NCBI RefSeq assembly: GCF_009914755.1
Contig: NC_060925.1
Source: the human T2T-CHM13v2.0 reference genome, Homo sapiens
Length of the DNA: 64,000 nucleotides
Direction: 5' to 3' (one strand)
A program made the translations under genes and the position numbers. Below the pieces are notes generated by a model, which made no database searches, had not been told where the DNA came from, and saw only the letters and a program-made list of their open reading frames with translations. Positions 40,090 through 51,359 of this stretch are shown here, piece after piece (position 1 is the stretch's first letter; every line of letters begins with the position of its first letter).

Positions 40090-41060
40090 CCAGTTAAAAT
40101 TAAAAGCAATACCAAGTCCCACTTATCAGTGTCACACAATTTCTGAAGTCTGAAGCAATATTTGGCATTGGGAGGATGTAGGGACATGGGGACCCTGGTA
40201 TACTGATGGTGTGAGTGAACATTTGTACAACCACTTTGGAGAGCAGTTTGACAGTATCGAGTAAAGGTAAATTGGTCATACTTCATGACTCAGCAGTTCC
40301 CTCTTGGCATATATGCCAGTGGTTCTTAACTGGTGGTGATTTTGCCTTCCAGAGAACATTTGGCAACTCTGAAGACATTTCTGATTGTTCCCACTGGGGT
40401 GTAGTTAGAGGGTGGGTGCTACTGGCATCCAGTGGATAGAGTCCAGGGATGCTGCTGAACATCCTACAATACACAAGCAGCCCCCACTCCACCAGCAAAG
40501 AATTATTCAGCACCACATGCCAAAAACTACCACTGTTGAGAAGCCCTGGTATATATCCTAGAAACGCTCTCAAATGCAAGCCCAAAAGAGAAGTGAAAGG
40601 ATGTTCACTGCATTATGTTTTTAACAGTAAAATATTGGAAAACTATCTAAATGTCCTTCAAAAGGAGAAGAGAGAAGTAAATTTACAGGAGCTAGAATGA
40701 ATGAACTGGAACTATGAGAATCAATATGGATAGATCTTAGACACCCAATGTTCGGGGAAGAAACCAGAGTGATACATAATGTATGATGCCACATGTAAAA
40801 TCTAAAGAAACAAACAACTCTCTATGGCTACATAAATATGTAATAAAAGTATAAAAATACACCAATCTCAGAAGAGCATTTACCTCTGCAGGGGAAGGGA
40901 GATGAATGGGAAGAGGTAAAAGGAGACTTAAAATATAGTTCCAATGTTCTTTTTTTTTCTTAAAAATTTACCTAAAGCAAATATGACAGAATGTTAACAT
41001 TTGTTAACTCTGGTAAACAACTAGATGGTAAATACATTGGTCTTTGTTATATTGCTTTCT
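40090..41060 (+). mobile_element. Old L1M (L1MC/ME-like) 3' fragment, interrupted by MER20
   Basis: tactgatggtgtgagtgaacatttgtacaaccactttggagagcagtttg...atgaatgaactgga...ggatagatct degenerate L1 3' motifs. Confidence 0.65.
40317..40548 (+). mobile_element. MER20 (hAT-Charlie)
   Basis: cagtggttcttaac...gattttgcc...gtgctactggcatccagtggatagagtccagggatgctgctgaacatcctacaat...gttgagaagccctg; TIRs and TA-rich flanks. Confidence 0.85.
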
Positions 41061-41090
41061 GTGCTTCACTGTAGGTTTTTAATTAATTAA

Positions 41091-41381
41091 TTTTTTTTTT
41101 TTTTGAGACAGTCTCACTCTGTCACCCAGGCTGGAGTGCAGTGGTGAGTTCTTGGCTCACTGCAACCTCTGCCTCCGGGGTTCAAGCGGTTCTCCTGCCT
41201 TAGCCTCCTGAGTAGCTGGGACTACAGGCAGGCTCCACCACACCTGGCTAATTTATGTATTTTTTAGCAGAGACAGGGTTTCGTCATACTGGACAGGCTG
41301 GTCTGGAACTCCTGACCTCATGGTCCGCCTGCCTCGGCCTCCCACAGTGCTGGGATTATAGCATGAGCCACTGCACCCGGC
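41091..41381 (-). mobile_element. AluS
   Basis: Alu consensus; TSD tgtaggtttttaa. Confidence 0.9.
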
Positions 41382-41450
41382 CCATTGTAGGTTTTTAAAA
41401 GTTTCATAATTAACAAAGTAAGGAAAGATACAGACTCAAGAATAAAAGTG

Positions 41451-41616
41451 AGCTGGGCGTGGTGGCTCACACCTGTAATCCCAGCACCTTGGGAGGTCAA
41501 GATGGGAGGAAGGCTTGAGGCCAGGAGTTCGAGACCAGCCTGGTCAGCATGGCAAGACCCCATCTCTATTAGAAAAGAAAAGAAAGAAAAGTAAAAGAAA
41601 AGAAAAGAAAAGAAAA
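41451..41616 (+). mobile_element. FLAM-C-like monomer with (AAAAG)n tail
   Basis: Single Alu left monomer. Confidence 0.75.
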
Positions 41617-41877
41617 GGATAAATGTGAGTTGTCATCTGTATACACCAACCCAGGATGTCCCCTTTTCTTTTTCTCTGCTGTTTAGTTTGGTGAATAGAA
41701 GATGCCTTCCTTGGGCTGTTTTTGCTGTTGTCAGGGTATCATACACCAAGGCCTGGGTTTCAGGTGCCTGGGACTTAGTGCTTGGCTGGTATTCCATTCC
41801 CAAGGCCCTGGAAACATCTGTCTGACATCCTAGATGAAGCTCTTTTGTCTGCCTTATGGAAGTCCCTGTTAGATGGC

Positions 41878-42702
<825 letters not shown>

Positions 42703-42897
42703 AAATGGGTTCTGTGGATCTGAAACCAGATTCAAAGCAGTGTTAGCTTTCACCAGGATGTAATGTTTCTGGATTAAGAAGGAGGTGTTTGTATGTGGCA
42801 GTCCTAATTTATATAAGGTCATTCTATACCCCTGTTGGTGTCTCTCTTACCCAGTTCCACAGAGCTGTCTTGGCGGCTGGTATATGGATGAATGCAA

Positions 42898-43197
42898 GGC
42901 CAGGCATGGTGGTTCACGTCTGTAATCCCAGCACTTTGAAGGGCTGAGGCAGGAAGATGGCTTGAGCTCAAGAGCTTAAGACCAGCCTGGGCAACATAGC
43001 AAGACCCTGTCTCTACAAAAATTGAAAACCAAATTAGCTGGGCATGGTGGCGGGCACTCGTGGTCCTAGCTACTTGGGAGGCTGAGGTGGAAGGATTGCT
43101 TGAGTCTGGAAGTCAAAGCTGCAGTGAACCACGATTGAACCACTGCACTCCGGACTGGGTAACAGAACAAGACCCTGTATCAAGGGGGAAAAAAAAA
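42898..43197 (+). mobile_element. AluJ-like
   Basis: ggaggattgcttgag, ggcaacatagcaagacc diagnostics. Confidence 0.88.
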
Positions 43198-43204
43198 GAT
43201 GAAT

Positions 43205-43771
43205 ACACCTCACAAACCCCTTCCACAGATTTCTTGAAAGGAAAATCTTCTATTTTTTGGCTGTTCGGCATCTGAGCCCTTTATTTATTTTGGGAAATTC
43301 CCCACTATGTGAGACAGAGCCTGACTCCTATTATTAAATATGAGATTGCCAGATACTCACCTCCCAGTCTCACTTGCTGGTAGGGCACTAGCACCTGACT
43401 TGGTTCTGCCAGTTTGACTTGGAATTGAAAGTTAATGACATGATAAAGCAAAGGCCCTGTGGAACCCACCCTGATGACGGTAGGGCAGTGATGGCAGTGG
43501 CCTCCAGATTCCATAGGCAGGAACAGCAGCAGTTCTCATAAATGGAGCTCCCGAGTCTGTGCCAGGGCGGGGTGGGGGGTCTTTATGGACATGAACTTGG
43601 GTCCTTGGGTGTTGTTTCTGATTGCATGCCCTCAAGCTTGGTCTGGAGCCCTCCCAGAACTACCTGATATGCCATCCCCCTTTAAACGAACAAACGAATG
43701 AATTCTCGTTCGGTTTAAATCAGCTAACTTCAGTTTCTGTTGTTTGCAAACTAAGAACTGGGACTGACACA
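43205..43771 (+). mobile_element. LTR16-like ERVL solo LTR
   Basis: ctcccagtctcacttgctggtagggcac...tgacttggttctgcca and 3' end tctgttgtttgcaaactaagaac...actgacaca. Confidence 0.5.
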
Positions 43772-43864
43772 ACCCAGCCTCTAGCTGGTGGTCTGGCCCC
43801 AAATGGTCCTTGATGATTATTTCTTGGACTTCTAGGACATGAATGTTTAAAAATATTCTGTTTT

Positions 43865-44125
43865 GGCCGGGCCCAGTGGCTCACGCCTGTAATCCCAGCA
43901 CTTTGGGAGGCTGAGGCAGGAGGATCACGAGGTTAGGAGATCGAGACCATCCTGGCTAACACGGTGAAACCCCATCCCTACTAAAAATACGAAAACGAAA
44001 AATTAGCTGGGTGCAGTGGCGGGCGCCTCTAGCCCCAGCTACTCAGGAGGCTGAGGAAAGAGAATGGTGTGACCCCAGGAGGCGGAGGTTGCAGAGCGAG
44101 ACTCTGTCTCAAAAAAAAAAAAAAA
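43865..44125 (+). mobile_element. AluY-like with ~41-bp deletion in the right arm
   Basis: gagatcgagaccatcctggctaacacgg; ...ggttgcag/agcgagact junction. Confidence 0.88.
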
Positions 44126-45969
44126 GTCTGTTTTATTGTCCTATGAAAACATAGGTATTTATTAAAATGTGTCATAATTTTTGGCTCAGAAAACATAATA
44201 AGTGAGGCCAATGAGAGATGCTTTTCATAATTTTAAGGTGCCTATGGGCTGAGAGTCCCCTTAGGGGAGGACGGGCCAGGAAACACCACCTGACACTTGC
44301 TCTGGGCCAAAGCCCTCAGGGCTGTTCTGGGTCCACTCCCCTGCTGCCATAAGGACATCCCCTCTGCTCCTGGCTTACCCTTGCTACAGGGCTTGGAACT
44401 GCTTATGCCCCTGACGCCTTGACCGTGTGTATACCTTGATTGTATATATCTGTTTCTACTTTGGGACTTGAGTTTTCTGGCTCCTTCCTTGGAATAGCTT
44501 TCCGCACACCTTCTTGTGCAAACTGCCATTGTTGGTCTTGTTATCTGACTCAGATCTACCTCTGGGACTGCCAGCTAAGCCTGGCACTGATAGCATGCTT
44601 CTGTTATTGTCCCTGCCTGCCTCCAGAGTCCTATTTTGCCAAAACTCATGGCTCTGATGAACACTTGTGGAGAAAATGTGGGGATTATTGGGGTAGAATA
44701 CAAGGACAAAGCTGCCGATTCTCTATTTCTGGTGGGTTGTAAGAAAGTTCAAGACTGACCCCTCTGATTTCCAATACTCTTGCTTATGTAGGTAGGTCTT
44801 CTTATTGCCTCTTGGAACTCTGACCCATTTCCTGTTTTTATTTCTTAAACTGGGTCAAATGTACTTCTGTTCTTTCTCCCCTACGTGTAGCTCACAATCT
44901 GGACACATAGATGGAAACAGCTCATTTATCTTTAGTGTTTGCAGTTTCTTTTGGAGCCCAGCATGGCTGGGCATGGTCTGCTTGGTCCTTTTGTCCATTC
45001 CAGTCTTTCTGGACTCATTTCCCCCTTCTTCTGCTCCCTGGACCACACGGTCCAGGAAAGGATTAGGTCCAGTTTATTGTGCCATTTCATGCAGCACATA
45101 TGAGCATGGCCTAGTTTCCAGAAAAGTTTCCTACTCTGGAAACCTGGGCTGCTACAAGATTGAGCAATGTGTTTGCTCCATCTGGGCACAACTTTCTAGC
45201 CTAGGTACCCAGAGGCTCAGCTGGCAACAGGAGTCATGTCTACTAGCTCCCATCTGTCTGAGGCAGAAGAATTTCTGGGAGAGTTTGAGGTCTACACAGG
45301 ATACTGAGTCTCCTGATGATATACATCAACTGTGGACCCTGCATCTGAGTGCTTAGTAGAATAAATGGCTGAGCTAGCAAACAAAGCTAACAAAGAAGTG
45401 CATTGCAAGCCCCCAGTGAGAGGGAGCTTGGGGCTGTTCTGCAGCATTCCTGGCTACCCTGCCCCTCATCATTCCCCACCCTTGGAAAAAAAAAATGAAC
45501 ATTTTGTCCCTATGCCTTAATTGGCACTTATAGCAAACTACCTCATGGGTTCTTGAATGAACTAGGTGTCTTTTAAGTTGTTAAGGTAAAACAAATGTTA
45601 GTTATTATTATTTCTATCACATGCCATGGCAAGAACCTTGAGAACTTTACATTCAACTTTCACATACTAAATGCAGCAACTACTGACACATTATCTAGCT
45701 CAAGGTTTGCATTCAGTAAAAATTTGTTGAGTGATTAAGCTATGTTCATAGAGAGAAAAGACGATGATTTGCCTATTTTTCTTGCCTTCCCTCTATGATC
45801 CATGTTTCTGCTTGTCTTTCCTTGGCTTGACTTAGAGAGAAATGGGAAATCCTATCTTTGTTTTTCATACATCTAACAGAAATGTAGCATTCCTTTCAAT
45901 TATGAAGGTAACAAACCACAGCCTTATTAGCAGTACCTGAGGCTTTGTCACCAGCTGAAATCACATATA

Positions 45970-46272
45970 TTTTTATTTATTTTTTATTTTTTGAGATGAA
46001 GTCTCGCTGTTGCCCAGGCTGGAGTACAGTGGCTCTATCTTGGCTCACTGCAGCCTCCGCCTCCCAGGTTCAAGCAATTCTCCTGCCTCAGCCTCCTGAG
46101 TAGCTGGGACTACAGGCATGCGCCACCATGTCCAGCTAATCTTTGTATTTTTAGTGGAGACAGGGTTTTATCATGTTGGCCAGGCTGGTCTTGAACTCTT
46201 GACCTCAAGTGATCCATCCGCCTGAGCCTCCCAAAGTGTTGGAATTACAGGTGTGAGCCAGAGCACCCGGCC
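45970..46272 (-). mobile_element. AluS (Sx/Sz-like)
   Basis: Alu consensus. Confidence 0.9.
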
Positions 46273-46278
46273 CACAGA

Positions 46279-46584
46279 TTTTTTTTTTTTTTTTGAGACG
46301 GAGTCTTGCTGTGTTGCCCAGGCTGGAGTGCAGACCGCTCACTGCAAGCTCCGCCTCCCGGGTTCACGCCATTCTCCTGCCTCAGCCTCCCGAGTAGCTG
46401 GGCCTACAGGCACCCACCACCACGCCCAGCTATTTTTTTTGTATTTTTTAGTAGAGACGGGGTTTCACCGTGTTAGCCAGGATGTTCTCTATTTCCTGAC
46501 CTCGTGATCCGCCCGCTTCGGCCTCCCAAAGTGCTGTGATTACAGGCATGAGCCACCGCGCCCGGCCAGCCACCGCGCCCGGCC
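46279..46584 (-). mobile_element. AluY with duplicated 5' 17 bp
   Basis: gcaagctccgcctcccgggttcacgcc and ccgtgttagccaggatg diagnostics. Confidence 0.92.
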
Positions 46585-46827
46585 AAGATATTTTTATATC
46601 ACATTACAGTTGTTAAAATAGTTTGATATGCCATTTACATGCATCAATAGTTTGAAATGACTATAATTAACTAGACCTGTTGCTAAATCTTGTTATTCAT
46701 CGACTTAATAAAGAAACATATATATTATTATATCAAAAATGTATATGTTTTATATTTTGGTAACTGTACTTCAATGTAATTAGTTTCCTTTGTAATCCTT
46801 TACAAAGTCTTTGTAAGCCTAGGCATG

Positions 46828-47083
46828 TGGCCTAGGCGGGCAGATCGCTTATGTCCAGGAGTCGGAGACCAGCTTGGGCGACATGATGAAACCCCATCTC
46901 TACAAAAAAGCCAAAAGTTAGGTATGGTGGTACATGCCTGCAGTCCCAGCTACTTGGGAGGCTGAGGCAGGCAGGAGGGTTGTTTGAACCCAGGAGGTGG
47001 AGGTTGCAATGACCTGAGATCGCGCCACTGCACTCCAGCCTGGGTGAGAGTGAGACCCTGTTTCAAAAAAAAAAAAAAAAAAA
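46828..47083 (+). mobile_element. 5'-truncated AluJ-like
   Basis: Alu consensus from about position 40. Confidence 0.8.
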
Positions 47084-47423
<340 letters not shown>

Positions 47424-47462
47424 TTAAAGGTTTCAGAAAAGGCTGGTGGTGCGAGATGAGAT

Positions 47463-47478
47463 GCTGCCCACTAGTGGC
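47463..47478 (-). promoter_or_regulatory. CTCF-like motif
   Basis: Minus strand GCCACTAGTGGGCAGC, one mismatch to CCASYAGRKGGCRS. Confidence 0.5.
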
Positions 47479-48184
47479 TAGAAGGCAGAACTGTGAGCCT
47501 GCATGTAAGGCAGGCCCTGGGACATGGGGTTTGGGACGGTGGTAATTAAGTTTCTTTGTACTTGGGTCTGAAATAAGAGAACAAAGCCTACTGCCTTTGA
47601 CCCCTGCCTACTGCATCAGCGTGATCAACTGAAACTCTCTCCCTTTCTCTCTGTGCTGCAGCCATTTTCGCTGTCTAGAGCCTCAGAAGCTTCCTTGTGC
47701 ATTAGGGTGTGTATGCATGCTGCTATCTTTGCCTGGACCTGCCCTTCCATCTCTTCGTCTGGATTACTATGCTCTCACTCTGTATCTCAGAGTATCTAGG
47801 CCAGGCTCCTTGATAATCCTGGTGTAGACCTATGCTCATCGTCACAGCTCTTTCTCAGTCTAACTACATGATCCTCAGTGTGATTTTTTTGCCGTTGTTC
47901 AAGGACTGTCACTGCACTGGACTACAAGCCCCCAAGGGCAGGGGCTGTTTGCTTTTGTTCTCTGCAGTATCCCCAGTTCCTGCTCAGTGGCACTCACTAA
48001 ACATTTACTGATGAAAAGTGAATTTTGAATTGGAAATTCATAAAGGAACTGTGAATGCTAGCAGAATGGATTTGGGTCCATCTCCAAAAAAAGTAAGATG
48101 ATCTTTCTCTATTTATGACAGCCAGTGACCCACAAGCCTCCTGCATACACCTAATAATCCAACAATACAAGGATCCTTAGGACA

Positions 48185-48400
48185 GCACAGTGTAAATAAT
48201 ATTGCAAAACTGACAGGCTGGGGAGACAGACGGCCAGGGTCAGATCCTGGCCTTGATGCGTCCTTCCTGGGTGACCTCTGTGTCTTTGTTTCCAGTTTCC
48301 TCCTCTGTAAAATAGTGAAAATAATAATCTCCATGGTAGAGAATGGTGAAGAATACTAAATAAGTAAAGCCCTTAGCACATAATAAGACTGATCAAATGG
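48185..48400 (+). mobile_element. MIR
   Basis: cagtttcctcctctgtaaaatagtgaaaataataa...gtaaagcccttagcaca. Confidence 0.7.
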
Positions 48401-49106
48401 CAGCTGAAAGAAAAAGAGTCAACTGAGCCTGAGGGACAGTCTATTCTTGCTACTCTGTTTCTTACAAAGCACTGGGTTTAGAAACAAGGGAAGCCTTGCA
48501 GCAGGGCTGGCTCCCATTCCTCTCCCTGCTCTGTCTTGGTTGGGATGCTCATGGGAGCTGCAAAGAAGCAAAAACGGAGAGGCAGAGGATTCCTCCTTAT
48601 AGTTAGATAATTCCTGCCCTATGTGCCACATCTCTGTCTCCTCCACATGGCATCTTCCTGTACTGGAGATCCAAGGCAGAGGGGCCTTATCTGCTGTCCT
48701 TGAGGAGAGGACTGTGATTAGAGCTATGATTTCTTTCTGGTAGTTTCACACACTAGCATTCCTGCCTAACTCTCACGTCAGAGAAGTATAGTCAAATTAG
48801 TTTACTTTGGCTTAAGATGGAGTTGTAACATTTGCAACATGCTTGGTACAGAATTTAGTGCCCAATAACTATCAGTTGTTATTTCCCTATCAGAAAATAG
48901 TGGATTGTTCTGAAGGCACAAGCCTAGTCTGCCCTCCTAACTTATGCGACATTTGCTAAGCACCTATCACAACATCTGGCACTCAAAGGCTTTCACGATA
49001 TGAACACAGGATGAATGAGAAAACAAATGGGGGGTAAAGGTTTGTTTTCCTCTTCCAGGGCCAACGGGCTTTGGCAGGCTTGGCTGCCCTCAGATCTGCA
49101 CAGTTG

Positions 49107-49120
49107 CCACTAGAGGGCAG
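49107..49120 (+). promoter_or_regulatory. CTCF core motif
   Basis: CCACTAGAGGGCAG, exact match to CCASYAGRKGGCRS. Confidence 0.65.
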
Positions 49121-49489
49121 AAGCAGTTAAGACAACAATACCCAGGACTAGCCAGATCCCGAATTACCGGCTTTGCAAGAGAGGATGGTGGAAAGGGTTG
49201 AAAAAAAAACCCCAGTTATTCTATATCTCTTGGGGACCATATGGAAGGGAATGTGTAGAGAGGATTGAAGTTAGACTTAAAGAAGAACTTCCAGAACACA
49301 GTTTGCTAACTACAGCTTTTATACAAGTGACTTTTTTTTTTTCATTTTTTTTTCCTCTTAGCTTCATCTGCCCGAACAGAATAGATGAGAAAGAGGGCTC
49401 ATCAGTCCAAGGCCTGTGTGACCTGCGACCTCACCAGGTCCTCCTAAAGTAACCCTCCTGCAGTCTGCTTTAAATGACTCCACTCTTGT

Positions 49490-51207
49490 AGATGCAATCA
49501 TAAAATAACTTTATTGGTCAGGTTAGCCACCACTCATGCTTTTCCTGTAATAAGGATCCTTTATAAAGGCATGATGGTGTTCACATGCAGATGCTTTCTG
49601 AAGAGCCCTGGGGCAGGGGGCAGCCTTGCCCCTCACATCGGAGCTCCTTTGTTGAAATGAGCTGGTTTGGCTTTTGTGGATTCCAGGTCTGGAGCCAAGA
49701 ACGTAGTCCAAAGATCCCCTCTTCCCTTCTCAGGGAAGGTGCTTCAAAGCATACACAGTATCAGGGATGTGATGGCATCTGGGCAGAGCCTATACTTGGG
49801 CTAACTCTCCTCCAACAGTCCTTGCCCCTGACTGCCCAGATGGCTTTGTCCCAACCTTGCCCAAAGGGCAGGTGGGTTAAGCCCCAGGCAACATTACCTT
49901 TTGAAATGGGAAGAATTAAGTGCTCCCCAGCCAAACTATAAAGCAAAAGCCACCTTCACTAATGAGGATATAGCTCAGAGATGTGAAAGCAGAGGGTTGT
50001 ATGCCCAGCACAGGCAAGATTTGGCTGCCTGGCCTGGGCTTCACGGACCCCAGCCAGAGCTGGTACTTTTTAACTATGGCCTTAGGACAAACCAGGTGAA
50101 ACAGATTAACCACATCCTCCTTCTTTGGGCTAGCAAGTCCAGGGCTGCCTGGAGTCTGTCTCTACCATCAGGATATAGAATCTTCCTGCTTGGATAAAAG
50201 GAGAGGACAAACTGTGTTTCTCATACTTTAAAAACCATGTGGCCGCTACCTTTGTGGATAAAAACCCAGGTAGGATGCTGTTTGGAATGCAGAAAGTGCT
50301 GGGCAAGAATGGAACTACTGGGGCTGCTTTCTCAACTCAGCCAATTTGAGGTGTGTTTGGCCCATTGCAGATGCTGATGGTAAGCAAAGTCTGGCCTTTC
50401 CTCTTCTGAAGTCTTATCCACCTTCAAAGAGCTACCCAGCTGCCAAAATATAGCCCTATACATTGATCTAAGCCTGAGGTTGGCTGTCTCCTCCCACATC
50501 AGGTCATGAATATTATCATCATGCTGGTGACCTCCAATCTGGTGGCTTTCCAGGGGTGAGGTTAGGGAGGTATAGAAGTGACTCCTGGTGTCCTTTCACC
50601 CTCAGACACAGTGTGGGTTGTCTCCACAGGTTGCTGGGCAGATGCTCACATGCCTTGGGGTCTCCTGACTCTGCTTAAGGCACAGAAGAGGCATCTGTGG
50701 AGGAAAGTGGAGTGGGTGAAGTGGATTTCAGAAGAGGCAGCTGGGCAAGAGGTATATTTTGAGAAGCAACAAATGGGAGCCCAGAGTAACTGCACGACCA
50801 GCCCAGCACAGAGGGAGAGCTGTCAAGTGCTGCTCACAGACAGCCAGGGATTGTTAGAAAAGTATGGTTATATACTATTGCCCATGCCACTTTTGAAGTT
50901 CCATGACCTCAGATCATTGGGAAGAACTTAAGAGCCGTGAGATTTATGGGGTTGGAACATCCAGGGATCCTTCCATCTACCACCACTTCTGTCCCTGGAA
51001 AAGAGTGAGCTTCTGCCTATGTCCTCAGCAGAAGGCTGCCTGTCCCTGATCGCCCCCCCTAACCCCACCTACAGGAAAGAAGACTACAGAGGGTGCCCGT
51101 GGACTTCTGTCACATGGTCCATCCTGGACCTTCCAGCAAAAGCCAAACCAAACCATCAAGCCAAATGCCACGGGGGCTCTCCGCCCAGTACCCGGTGCCA
51201 GGGCTGC
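49490..51207 (-). other. FMOD: FMOD 3'UTR
   Basis: Unique sequence from the stop to the minus-strand AATAAA at 49515-49510; cleavage site approximate. Confidence 0.8.
49510..49515 (-). terminator. FMOD polyadenylation signal
   Basis: TTTATT on + = AATAAA on -, 1.7 kb after the stop. Confidence 0.8.
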
Positions 51208-51359
51208 TCAGATCTCGATGAGGCTGGCAAGGCGCAGGCAGAGGGGCGCGTCGGCAGGCATGGCGCTGCGCTTGATCTCGTTCCCGTCCAGGCGCAGCAC
51301 CTGCAGCTTGGAGAAGTTCACGACGTCCACCACGGTGCAGAAGCTGCTGATGGAGAACT
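51208..51359 (-). CDS. FMOD: FMOD coding part of exon 3 to TGA
   Basis: Acceptor tgtccccacag|AG at 51360/51359; reads (E)FSISSFCTVVDVVNFSKLQVLRLDGNEIKRSAMPADAPLCLRLASLIEI*; 979+152=1131 nt = 376 aa + stop. Confidence 0.97.

Noticed and set aside
43681-43719. Imperfect hairpin TTTAAACGAAC...GTTCGGTTTAAA
   Set aside because: Short, and overlaps what looks like the decayed polyA-signal region of the LTR; likely chance
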